Assembly: GCA_964423405.1 (NCBI GenBank)
Contig: CAYREY010000003.1
Location: forward strand, 3,944 to 67,943
Origin: an uncultured Chitinophaga sp.
GTDB taxonomy: Bacteria; Bacteroidota; Bacteroidia; Chitinophagales; LD1
DNA length: 64,000 bases
Direction of reading: 5' to 3'
The notes under the pieces were generated by a model, which was given only the letters and a program-made list of their open reading frames with translations, had not been told where the DNA came from and did not search any database. Shown one piece after another: positions 16,615 to 25,497 of the stretch. Position 1 is the first letter of the stretch; the number at the start of each line of letters is the position of its first letter. Made by a program: the position numbers and the translations under genes.

Positions 16615-19438
16615 AGTTTTGATTGAAGGGCAAAGTTAAATCTAGTTGAAAATTACTATAATCCGGATGGCCAACCACAAGATTATTTCCACCATCTATC
16701 TGGCCGCCATGTAAATTTACTATCTGTTTAAGGATATACCCCCCGATTCCAGAGCCGCCTGATTCACCTGATTTTTTCCCAAACTCAAAAAAATCATCAT
16801 AAGAAAAGTCATTCTTTACGCCTTTGCCTGAATCATAATACGCAATGCCAATATTTTTATTCTTTTCCGGGTCTCCCTCAATGTATAAGTCGATAAACAA
16901 CTTATGGTCTTCAACTTTTCCATGTTTCATAGCATTTTCGACAATATTTCTGAAAAACTCCTGAATCAAGAATCTATCGATATCAACCCAAATAGGTTTC
17001 AGTCTTATACTTTCTACTGATGTGCTTCCTACGATTGCCCACTCACCATTTGTATCTAAAGCATTAATCTCAAGCGCAAAATCACGCTCAGGGAGATTAA
17101 TCTCACTTATAGTTTTTTGAATGAAAGTGACCAACTCAGTCTTCTCAAACTTTAATTCTCTTCTATTCAATTCGGTCAAACTTTTGATTTTGTCGAAAGT
17201 ATGTTCTGCAGAAAGAATACTATCATCCATTCTTGCTATCAGTTGCTCTAGGCTCCTCTTTTTAGAGATTTCCGAAGTCCAAGAAATGTTTTCTCTTGCG
17301 TCGATTGCAGAAGCCAGAAAATACTTCAAAGACTCAACATCATTCCGAATGGAACTAAATTGTTGAGAAAGACTATGACGTACTGTGGAGAGAATTGAAT
17401 ATTCACGTTTTCGGGCACCGCTTTTTTCCGCTAGCGTATCAGCTTCGCTTTGCTTTAGTCGATGTAAAATTTGAAGTTTTTCACGAATAATTTTATCCTG
17501 TTCATGAAGTGAGGGAATAGCCAAAGCAATATTCAAAAATTCGTTCACCCTCCAGGTTAGTTGCGCGGCACCAGTAAGAATATTCCTGAACTGTTTTAAG
17601 AAAAGATCCGAGCGAAATTCCTGAATTAAAAATTCAATACGAACTTTCGACTCATCAAGCGTGAATGCAAGTATATTAGGACTAATAACAATATTTCTTT
17701 CCTTGGCACTAAAAAATGTTGGCTTTAAGTTTTCGCCTATTCTCGCAACTAGTAAAACTGGTTGACTCAGATGCATTCCTTTTTGAGACCAGGTTTCCAC
17801 AGATGTTTCGGAAGCAAAAGATAATTCGAAATCACTATCAGAATTCTTCAAATCAGATATTTTAATAAAAGGCACCTTTGCATCATTCGATTCAATTTTC
17901 TCCTTAACTACCGTCAGGATCTCATTCAGCAAACAAATCTCTTTCCGCTCGCTTTTAAGTTTTTCTAATTCATGTTGGACTGGTGAAATGTATCGTTCCG
18001 GCTGAAGTATAGAATCAATTTCCAATACTTCAGACATTGTTACAACTCTTGAGTTAGAACTGTTATCAGGCTTTTCCAGCGACTCAAGAATATCCTCCGG
18101 GTGTTGAGTTATGACCTGGTTAGTTGACTCTAAAGTATACACCGAATTCAGGAAGTGTATTCGTCCCTTCTTGCTCTCTTCTTTGTTTTTATTCAGAATC
18201 AATAAATCCTGTTTAACTCCCGAATTGGATTTATCCATTCCCAAAGGCAAAGATATTACTGCCTCCACCCAATCTTTAGATACAAGTAGCTCGCGTAAAT
18301 AATAATGCGCTCCTGAGGATGCAGACAAAAGACTCTGAGGTACAACTACAAAGGCTATTCCGTTCGTCTTTAGCATAGAGGTTATCGCCTCAACGTATGC
18401 TAATTCTGCATTTTTAACACTACCTTGTAATGTTCGAAATTTAGAGTTACCTGTTGGGTCTATAATTACTCTTGAAGGTACAATACCAAATACGGCATCG
18501 TACGAGGCTTCACCGACCTCTGCCAATCTCAAGAAGTCATAGCAGAGAATCGTATTCTTGTTAGATACAAATAAATTCCTTAACTCCAGAAAAACTGCCT
18601 GTGCCTCCATATCAGTATGTAAATCAACTTGGTCTGTTGCTTTTATAGACAATTTGGATATTACGGGCGTTAGTTCAGTAAAGGCATTCAGCATTTTTCC
18701 TTGAATGTCCTTAAACTTGGCAATAGTTCCTATTAAATTCAATATGTAATCTGGAACTTGAATGCCACGGTTTGCTGACCCTTTGAGATAAAGACCTTTT
18801 ATTTTTTCGAATTCAGATAATAGCTTTGAAAGGGTTGATGTATCAAACTGATATGATTTGGTGATCACAAATGCCTCATACCAGACACTTGCATTTACGG
18901 CGTGCAATTGCATCTTAATGAATGCTTGCAGCCTTGGAGTGAGATTTCCATTTACAATCAAAGCATCAGTTAAAGAGCCTAGGCTCTGTTGAATTTCATT
19001 AGCATTAGCGTGTTCTACTTCAGCTAGCCTTAAGGCCAGTGTATTAGAACTACCACTTTCCCTCTGCTGCTCGGCAGAGAACCGTTTAGACATCGCAAAT
19101 AAAAATTTCACATAACAGGTCCAAAGACACAACTCAATTGTCAGTATACCCTCGCCCGCATGCTTAGACCGGGAAAACAAATTGAAGAGATCAGAAGTCA
19201 ATCTTTGATAATCATCGCTTCCTTCTGTAAGATTGGCTCTTAACTCATATAAATTTGAAATTTTATTCTGGAATAATTGCGGATAATTTTTGATTCGTGC
19301 ATGAATTTGTGAAGTAGGAACAGGCTTCCCATCCTTTCTCACATATAATTTTAACGCGTTAATCCTTTCCGCAATATCTTTTGCGTTGGAAATCTTCTTA
19401 GTCTTTAAAACTTCTACTATTGCTTCGTGTAATGTCAT
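16607..19438 (-). CDS. fusion protein: winged-HTH-like N-terminus, degenerate HsdM-like methylase fold, HsdS-like TRD, then histidine kinase (H-box + HATPase_c)
   Basis: Colinear with the HsdM in this window, but the catalytic motifs are replaced: DPSAGSG becomes NAFTELT, and NPPF becomes GIVPS. It retains FVVVPQSLLSASSG...VISLPLGM...LLILNK. The TRD-like region ends in IPSLHEQDKIIREKLQIL. The kinase part has STVRHSLSQQ, N-box FRNIVENAMKHG, YYDSGKGV, and GGSGIGGYILKQIVNLHGGQI. Confidence 0.7.
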   Translation of the reverse strand: MTLHEAIVEVLKTKKISNAKDIAERINALKLYVRKDGKPVPTSQIHARIKNYPQLFQNKISNLYELRANLTEGSDDYQRLTSDLFNLFSRSKHAGEGILTIELCLWTCYVKFLFAMSKRFSAEQQRESGSSNTLALRLAEVEHANANEIQQSLGSLTDALIVNGNLTPRLQAFIKMQLHAVNASVWYEAFVITKSYQFDTSTLSKLLSEFEKIKGLYLKGSANRGIQVPDYILNLIGTIAKFKDIQGKMLNAFTELTPVISKLSIKATDQVDLHTDMEAQAVFLELRNLFVSNKNTILCYDFLRLAEVGEASYDAVFGIVPSRVIIDPTGNSKFRTLQGSVKNAELAYVEAITSMLKTNGIAFVVVPQSLLSASSGAHYYLRELLVSKDWVEAVISLPLGMDKSNSGVKQDLLILNKNKEESKKGRIHFLNSVYTLESTNQVITQHPEDILESLEKPDNSSNSRVVTMSEVLEIDSILQPERYISPVQHELEKLKSERKEICLLNEILTVVKEKIESNDAKVPFIKISDLKNSDSDFELSFASETSVETWSQKGMHLSQPVLLVARIGENLKPTFFSAKERNIVISPNILAFTLDESKVRIEFLIQEFRSDLFLKQFRNILTGAAQLTWRVNEFLNIALAIPSLHEQDKIIREKLQILHRLKQSEADTLAEKSGARKREYSILSTVRHSLSQQFSSIRNDVESLKYFLASAIDARENISWTSEISKKRSLEQLIARMDDSILSAEHTFDKIKSLTELNRRELKFEKTELVTFIQKTISEINLPERDFALEINALDTNGEWAIVGSTSVESIRLKPIWVDIDRFLIQEFFRNIVENAMKHGKVEDHKLFIDLYIEGDPEKNKNIGIAYYDSGKGVKNDFSYDDFFEFGKKSGESGGSGIGGYILKQIVNLHGGQIDGGNNLVVGHPDYSNFQLDLTLPFNQNYD

Positions 19439-19504
19439 ATTATATCCTTCTAACTTTAAATTACTTTTATTTCCTCTTTTGTCTATTCAATGTTTACTCA
19501 GGTG

Positions 19505-19539
19505 CAAATAAAAGCACTCTCAATGCAATCTATTTGCAT
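19505..19539 (-). promoter_or_regulatory. palindrome + TTTG module, copy 3
   Basis: In gene orientation: ATGCAAATAGATTGCAT-TGAGAGTGCTTTTA-TTTG, upstream of the kinase/REC pair (ATG at 19438). Confidence 0.65.
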
Positions 19540-19540
19540 T

Positions 19541-19978
19541 TTAGAAAGGCGCATTATCAAAAAGTGAAAATTGCTGATCGACCTCCACGCGAATTGTCTT
19601 CTCAGGAACCGGCACATCATTGATAAAATTAACGCATTCGTAAATGTCAGCTATTTTATCCCCATCCAATTGAAACAATAAATCCATATAATGACCCTGT
19701 TCACCAAGGAAGGTAAGTCCCCGACAGCCCTTGCTGCAACCTGAGCAACTACCCTTATGTAAAGTAAGATTTTTATCCCCTGCCTTCTCAAATTGCTCAA
19801 ATGCCTTAATTAGTTTGCTTACAAATAGATACTTAGGGAAATCCTGGTAAGTCCTCTCCACGTCGAGAAATGAACTAACCATTTCAATATCTAGGCGAGC
19901 TATAAAATAGACTATCGCCTCATATTGATTTCGCGGTTTCGCTATATATTCTTGTTCCGAAAATAGTTGAAGTTGCAT
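19541..19978 (-). CDS. hypothetical Cys-rich protein, partner of the SF1 helicase
   Basis: 145-aa ORF lying 9 nt downstream of the helicase gene, with the cysteine cluster GSCSGCSKGCRG. No recognisable family. Confidence 0.55.
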   Translation of the reverse strand: MQLQLFSEQEYIAKPRNQYEAIVYFIARLDIEMVSSFLDVERTYQDFPKYLFVSKLIKAFEQFEKAGDKNLTLHKGSCSGCSKGCRGLTFLGEQGHYMDLLFQLDGDKIADIYECVNFINDVPVPEKTIRVEVDQQFSLFDNAPF

Positions 19979-19987
19979 CCTTTCAGT

Positions 19988-21340
19988 TCAATAAAGATTC
20001 AAAATACTCTTTGCTCTGGTTACCGCTGTATATTGATATTTTAAGGATGGCATATAGAAGGTATTTAAAAACACCTTTTCCCATTCACCTCCTTGCGCCT
20101 TATTACAAGTAATGCTATGTCCGTAACTCAAACGAATTGCTCCAACGTACTTATCGTCCTGCGGAAACATGGATTCACGAAATACAGGATTTTTAGCATA
20201 GCGCTCCTGCCTCAAACCATTTTCAGCGCCCATGGACAATGTTCCATTTGCAGCATTTAAGCAATCGAGCAGAATGTAATCCTCAATTTCAAATTCTTCG
20301 CCCTTCATATTTTTCGAGGAAATCTTTACCGGCACGAAATGCAGACCAGCAACAACTTCCATCCGGTCCATATCCACCTCTTTAACCACCACATGGTCAC
20401 CATTAAACAAGTTCTGCGCATTTCTACTCCAGTTTTGCGTCACAATCATTAAGTCTCCTGATTCAACAATAGCTGCATTGGAACCATAAATACGTTCACG
20501 CACTCTGTCGTTAAATACCTTATTACTTTTATGCGAACAAGCTATTGATACGCAATATTCTTGGCCGTATCTCTTAAAGTCCTCTACGTAATTAGTCACC
20601 GCACCTGAAAAATAGCTAAATTTAAAGCCTTCTAATCGCGGCTCGCCGGTATTATTTTCTATGGCTTTTCGGAGGTTTAGGGCATTCTTCATAATCTCGC
20701 TACCGTCCTCCTGGCGTTTTACTTCTGTCAAAAAATGAGATGTTCCTTTCCAGCTAAAGGTTTTCCGCAAAAATTCAGGCACCAATGCCATTGAATCTTG
20801 CTCATCAATCGGGGGCAATTGATTTCTATCGCCTAGAAAAACCACCTTGTTTTTCTGATTGCCATTTTTCACAAACTTCACCAAATCGCTCAATAATGAG
20901 TTTTCACTTTTCATCAGCGACAATTCTTTGTTGGTAGAATTCGCTGGAATCATTGAAGATTCATCCAGGATATAAACCGTAAATTTATCTACCGGATTTT
21001 GTTTCAGCCGATAATTGACTTCGCCGGTGGTTTTATTCACCGAAACGTTATAAATCATGGAGTGAATGGTGGAACTGACTGAATTTCCCTTCCGGCCTAT
21101 AATACGCGCCGCCCGGCCTGTAGGTGCCGCAATCTTATAACTTTGTTCCAACTTGTTTAAATAACCAATAAGGGCCGAAGTAATTGAGGTTTTTCCAGTG
21201 CCTGCTGCACCGCACAGAATCATAAAGTCATCCGTATTTTCCTGCTTCACGAACTCCGACATTGCCGTAAGAGCTTTCTTCTGTTCGGCAGTAGGACAAT
21301 CAAAATGTAAAAAATCAAGGATAGAAATTGCGGTGTTCAT
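19988..21340 (-). CDS. RecD/Pif1/TraA-like SF1 helicase (AAA_30 + UvrD_C_2-like)
   Basis: LCGAAGTGKTSITSAL (Walker A), VYILDESSMI (Walker B), LGDRNQLPPI, HSITCNKAQGGEWEKVF, YTAVTRAKSILNLY. Confidence 0.85.
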   Translation of the reverse strand: MNTAISILDFLHFDCPTAEQKKALTAMSEFVKQENTDDFMILCGAAGTGKTSITSALIGYLNKLEQSYKIAAPTGRAARIIGRKGNSVSSTIHSMIYNVSVNKTTGEVNYRLKQNPVDKFTVYILDESSMIPANSTNKELSLMKSENSLLSDLVKFVKNGNQKNKVVFLGDRNQLPPIDEQDSMALVPEFLRKTFSWKGTSHFLTEVKRQEDGSEIMKNALNLRKAIENNTGEPRLEGFKFSYFSGAVTNYVEDFKRYGQEYCVSIACSHKSNKVFNDRVRERIYGSNAAIVESGDLMIVTQNWSRNAQNLFNGDHVVVKEVDMDRMEVVAGLHFVPVKISSKNMKGEEFEIEDYILLDCLNAANGTLSMGAENGLRQERYAKNPVFRESMFPQDDKYVGAIRLSYGHSITCNKAQGGEWEKVFLNTFYMPSLKYQYTAVTRAKSILNLY

Positions 21341-21363
21341 GGCGTTTCGCTTTATTTACGCAG

Positions 21364-21398
21364 CAAACATCGAGACACCCGATGCAATCTATTTGCAT
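21364..21398 (-). promoter_or_regulatory. palindrome + TTTG module, copy 4, in the divergent helicase / WYL-regulator intergenic region
   Basis: In minus orientation: ATGCAAATAGATTGCAT-CGGGTGTCTCGATG-TTTG, 23 nt before the helicase ATG at 21340. On the plus strand the palindrome reads ...TCTATTTGCAT and ends 12 nt before the WYL gene ATG at 21411. TCTATTTG resembles a TAnnTTTG -7 box. Confidence 0.65.
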
Positions 21399-21410
21399 TT
21401 CGCCCCAATT

Positions 21411-22418
21411 ATGCCGAAGAACTTACATTTTGACATTCGAAAACAGCACCTAAATGAGTTACTGCGTGGCAAACAAGGCTACACCTTAGAGGAATTGATG
21501 AATCGGATAGGTGAAAAAATTAGCGATTACCGAAAAAACAGTAAAGGTGTAAGTAAAAAGACTATCCAGAATGACATCAGGTTCATGAAGGAAGAAGCCC
21601 TAAAAAAGAATGGCAAAATTGTTTGTATAAAAGGGAAATACAGGTATGAACCACCCGATTTCAATATTTATGACGTCCAGATTAGCCCCCACTCGGTTGA
21701 GAAAATAAAGCTGGCAATTTCTCTTTTAAAGCAGATAAAAGGACTTGATCTACACGAGGAACTTAAGGAAATATATGATGAACTGAAAATGCGAGTAACC
21801 GATGATCAGGAAGTCGACAACCGTTACATACAGTTTGATGTTAGGCCAGAATATCAAGGAAGCGAATATATAAGTGAACTGTTGGCGGCAATAACCGGCG
21901 AAACACCAATCAGTTTTGATTATCAGCCTTTTCTAGTTCCCGAAAAGTATAGAGTTATAGTTCATCCCTACCTGCTTAAGGAGTATAATAACAGATGGTT
22001 CCTGATTGGATGGCAGGAGGAAAAGAAAATAATTCAGGTTTATGCCCTTGACCGGATAAAGAGCAAAATTAAACATGAAGGCAAGTTCGAATTTTTCAAT
22101 TACCATAAATTCCACGCGGACACGTATTATAACGATGTGATCGGGGTCAGCATTCCACCAGAAGCAAAGGTTGAAAAGGTGGTATTGAAATTTAGACGTG
22201 AAAGGGTTCAATACGTGGAAACCAACCCCTTGCACCACAGCCAGAAACCGAATGGGCAAGACGAGGCTACAAAGTCGTTTCAGTATCAGTTAATTCCAAA
22301 TAACGAGTTGAAGGCCCAAATTCTGTATTTCGGTAGTGATATTGAGGTGATTGGGCCAGAAAAGCTGAGAGAAGATATTGCAGCAATTATTACAGAAGCA
22401 AACAAAAAGTATATTTAG
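21411..22418 (+). CDS. HTH + WYL-domain transcriptional regulator (BrxR/CapW-like)
   Basis: N-terminal HTH-like YTLEELMNRIGEKIS...KKTIQNDIRFMKEE. WYL-type core VIVHPYLLKEYNNRWFLIGW and YALDRIKS. I start it at the ATG at 21411. The track start at 21198 would overlap the divergent helicase gene and run through the palindrome. Confidence 0.8.
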   Translation: MPKNLHFDIRKQHLNELLRGKQGYTLEELMNRIGEKISDYRKNSKGVSKKTIQNDIRFMKEEALKKNGKIVCIKGKYRYEPPDFNIYDVQISPHSVEKIKLAISLLKQIKGLDLHEELKEIYDELKMRVTDDQEVDNRYIQFDVRPEYQGSEYISELLAAITGETPISFDYQPFLVPEKYRVIVHPYLLKEYNNRWFLIGWQEEKKIIQVYALDRIKSKIKHEGKFEFFNYHKFHADTYYNDVIGVSIPPEAKVEKVVLKFRRERVQYVETNPLHHSQKPNGQDEATKSFQYQLIPNNELKAQILYFGSDIEVIGPEKLREDIAAIITEANKKYI

Positions 22419-22420
22419 AA

Positions 22421-22455
22421 ATGCAAATAGATTGCACTCCTTAAGAGTTTATTTG
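22421..22455 (+). promoter_or_regulatory. palindrome + TTTG module, copy 5
   Basis: ATGCAAATAGATTGCAC-TCCTTAAGAGTTTA-TTTG. The TTTG ends 6 nt before the first arm of the inverted repeat that brackets the RT-upstream region. Confidence 0.65.
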
Positions 22456-22461
22456 TATCAC

Positions 22462-22732
22462 GTTCCTTGAATGCCTGCCGAAAATATTGATTGTGTCAGC
22501 TGGAAATTACCGAAAGGTGGATTTCAGATCGGCTGATGGCATTGGGAGTAATCCTGGTGCTGAATGTTTCTTTGGTCATTTTAATCGATAACTTTCGATA
22601 AACTGTATCAATAGAAACGATATATATGTTATGTTATAATATGATATATAATATAGCAATATCATTTGTTATAATTAATAATCATTGCGAATTGATTCAT
22701 ATACAAAGAATAAAAGGCAGGCATTCGGGAAC
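22462..22732 (+). ncRNA. candidate retron msr-msd-type non-coding RNA bracketed by a1/a2-like inverted repeats
   Basis: GTTCCTTGAATGCCTGCC (22462-22479) is complementary to GGCAGGCATTCGGGAAC (22716-22732): 11 bp perfect, a small internal loop, then 5 bp. The ~236 nt between have no ORF. They contain local hairpins, e.g. GCAUUGGGA-GUAA-UCCUGGUGC, and an AT-rich stretch. The 3' arm ends 8 nt before the RT ATG. This position and architecture match retron ncRNAs. Confidence 0.5.
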
Positions 22733-22740
22733 TTTTAATC

Positions 22741-25497
22741 ATGAGACCCGAAAACGAGCAAATTCTTTTTATTAAAAATGCTTTTCAAAATATGAAAAGC
22801 CCTGAAGACTTCCTTAAACTGCTAAATTATGCCAAACCCATAATTTACGGTATTAAGTCAGTGCCTTTCGGAATAAAACATCTTCGTTTTCATTCTAATC
22901 CGAAAGCCAACAGAAGAAGGTACGTTAGTTTTTCAATTCCCAAAAAAGCGGGTGGAATTAGAACCATACATGCGCCTAATAAGGGATTAAAATCAGTTTT
23001 GAAGTGCCTAAACATGATTCTTCAATGCGTTTACGAACCTCATAAAGCAGCTACCGGGTTCGTTTTAGATAAGTCGATTGTCACTAACGCCAAGCAGCAT
23101 ACCGGTAGTCTATACGTTTATAATATCGATTTGAAGGATTTCTTTCCAAGCGTGGACCAGGCAAGATTCTGGGGCCGTTTAAAGTATCATCCCTTTAACC
23201 TCAATGAGGAAAACAACCGTCTTGATATCGCTAACATAATAGGAGGCTTATGTTTTCAGGAAATGGAGGTAGAGCGAATCGAAGAAAATGGCAATTGGGT
23301 GAAAGTTGTGAAGAACGTTTTGCCTCAAGGAGCACCAACCTCCCCAACGATTACCAATATTATTTGCGAACGGCTTGACTTCTATTTAAGCGCAGTAGCC
23401 CGGCGTTTTGGCCTTAAATATTCTCGTTATGCCGATGATATTACTTTTTCTTCTATGCACAACGTTTATCATAAAGACGGGGACTTTATAAAGGAATTGC
23501 ATAGAATAATTGCGACGCAAGGCTTTCACATTAAAGAAAGCAAAGTACGCTTACAACGACCGGGCTACCGCCAGGAAGTAACCGGACTGATTGTGAATGA
23601 AAAAGTCAATGTAACGAAACGATACATAAAACGGTTGAGAATGTGCCTTTATCTATGGGAGCATTATGGCTATATAAAAGCAGAACAAATTTTCATTAAA
23701 GATTATATCGGAGATAAGGGCCATCTTATAAAAAGCAAGCCCAATATGGCCAACGTTATTTGGGGGAAACTGGAGTACTTGAAGATGGTAAAAGGCACGA
23801 AAGACAAAGTATATCTAGGGTTGTCAAGCCGGTTCTCGAAGTTAACCGAAACAAATGTTCCAGCAAAAGAAACAACTGATTTTAAAGAGGTAGAGAAAGC
23901 GAACATTCCCGATACCGTAAGTAAAATAGGCGATCCTCAAAAAGCGGAATGGATTACACCAGAAGAATATGGAAAGGTACTAACGCTTATTAAAGCCGAG
24001 GAAGCAGTAAAAATGGAGTATCAAAAGAGCTTTGAACAGGTTTACAATTTAACTGAAGGTAATTATCAGTATTTTAAAAAGAGTGGAGAACTGATTGCAA
24101 CAATGAATATTGAAATCTTAGACCAAAGACTTGTAGTCAATAAGTTTCAATTAAGTGATTTAGAAGGTCTTCCAGATTCAGTTAAAACTGCTCAGAATTT
24201 TGAGGAAAGATTAAATAGCCAGGTGTTGTGTCCTAATCGAGGTTTAATAAACAACAAGGCGATTGTTGAGTTGGCTATATTGGAAAATTTCGGAAACGCT
24301 TTTGCCGGAATTTTTAGGAAAATTGAAGAACCCGCGAATCCAACAAACTCAAAAATCAAGGTACTAATTATTCATACTGATAAAAGGACAGATACGTTAA
24401 GAAAAGATATTACCCTCCGCAAGGGAACACTTGTCCCTTATGAAGGGGAATTGGAAAATTCCGTTGAATCCAGCTTGAGTCAGCAACACAATCCTCTCAA
24501 TACGTTGAATGTTTTGAAACTGTTTCACGACAACAATAGCTATTTAAAATACACAACTCACAGTTGGGAATTTGGAATTGACGAATCAGATGACAATTAC
24601 TATAACTATAGGAATTACAGCGATTTTATTGGTAAGGCATTAGGCCAATGGAATAAAATCAAAAGAAAATACAAAAAATGGAATGCTGTTGACAAAAAGT
24701 TTGACTACACTATCCCGCCAAGCCTTTGGGAAAAAATAGAATTATTTCTCCTTTCAACCGATTTTAAACGACTCGGAAAAGATGGACACTTAGCTAAACC
24801 TGTTGGCTGGGGCAAACACCATGTTCAATTTGGTTGGTCCAGCATTGAATTATCTGAATGGGCAAAGTCCAATCCCAACGAAAATCCATTAAAATTTCCT
24901 TTACCCACCGAAAAGCAACTCGAGATTAACGGAAGAAAACTATACAGTTTTAAAGATATAACTATACTTTTTAAAAGCGAGATTGAGTTTAGAGAAGATA
25001 CAAATCATTTTTACAATTTAATTCTTCGTTTATGGGAGGACGTTTGGCATTTCGATATTAAATTAAATTCCGAAGAACTTGAAAAACTTAAGGGAGTTTC
25101 ATTGTTCACCGAAACTCAAAGAATTGAATCTGGTCTTAATAAAATTTTTGAGTCGTTTATCCAAGGTGGACGAACTACTTTCAACGAAGCGATAATACAG
25201 CGGAGTGATATCTTAATTGATCCTTATACAAATCCATATCAAGAAATTAGAATTACTCAAGTAGGTAGTTTTAGCGTTAGAAACCCCAAGGACTCTAACC
25301 TAGACGGCAACTCTGGTGATTTTGTAGACATCAAAAGATTATTCAACAGCCTATGTGATTGGTCAGTTGAATCTAAATTTGGTGACGGAAAAGCATATAG
25401 GTTAAGTTATCTTGACATTGCGAACGGGCCTTTTATTGAAGAAATCGATGTGTCTTCTGTAAGAGGATTTACTCATGTTTTAAAATTTTACCTATGA
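22741..25497 (+). CDS. retron-type reverse transcriptase with a ~580-aa C-terminal extension
   Basis: NAxxH (VTNAKQHTG), NIDLKDFFPSV, LPQGAPTSPTITNIICERLD, SRYADDITFSS (YADD), RQEVTGLIVNEK (VTG). At 918 aa it is far longer than the usual 300-400 aa retron RT. Confidence 0.85.
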   Translation: MRPENEQILFIKNAFQNMKSPEDFLKLLNYAKPIIYGIKSVPFGIKHLRFHSNPKANRRRYVSFSIPKKAGGIRTIHAPNKGLKSVLKCLNMILQCVYEPHKAATGFVLDKSIVTNAKQHTGSLYVYNIDLKDFFPSVDQARFWGRLKYHPFNLNEENNRLDIANIIGGLCFQEMEVERIEENGNWVKVVKNVLPQGAPTSPTITNIICERLDFYLSAVARRFGLKYSRYADDITFSSMHNVYHKDGDFIKELHRIIATQGFHIKESKVRLQRPGYRQEVTGLIVNEKVNVTKRYIKRLRMCLYLWEHYGYIKAEQIFIKDYIGDKGHLIKSKPNMANVIWGKLEYLKMVKGTKDKVYLGLSSRFSKLTETNVPAKETTDFKEVEKANIPDTVSKIGDPQKAEWITPEEYGKVLTLIKAEEAVKMEYQKSFEQVYNLTEGNYQYFKKSGELIATMNIEILDQRLVVNKFQLSDLEGLPDSVKTAQNFEERLNSQVLCPNRGLINNKAIVELAILENFGNAFAGIFRKIEEPANPTNSKIKVLIIHTDKRTDTLRKDITLRKGTLVPYEGELENSVESSLSQQHNPLNTLNVLKLFHDNNSYLKYTTHSWEFGIDESDDNYYNYRNYSDFIGKALGQWNKIKRKYKKWNAVDKKFDYTIPPSLWEKIELFLLSTDFKRLGKDGHLAKPVGWGKHHVQFGWSSIELSEWAKSNPNENPLKFPLPTEKQLEINGRKLYSFKDITILFKSEIEFREDTNHFYNLILRLWEDVWHFDIKLNSEELEKLKGVSLFTETQRIESGLNKIFESFIQGGRTTFNEAIIQRSDILIDPYTNPYQEIRITQVGSFSVRNPKDSNLDGNSGDFVDIKRLFNSLCDWSVESKFGDGKAYRLSYLDIANGPFIEEIDVSSVRGFTHVLKFYL

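Noticed and set aside
21198-21410. Upstream extension of the WYL regulator ORF to the start given in the track
   Set aside because: The extension would overlap the N-terminus of the divergent helicase gene and read through the conserved palindrome. Its sequence is unlike HTH-WYL N-termini. The ATG at 21411 gives a normal HTH start.
22620-22700. AT-rich repetitive stretch (ATATATGTTATGTTATAATATGATATATAATATAGCAATATC) considered as a CRISPR array or tandem repeat
   Set aside because: It has no regular repeat-spacer periodicity and is too short. It lies inside the inverted-repeat-bracketed region upstream of the RT and is more plausibly part of the ncRNA (msd-like stem).
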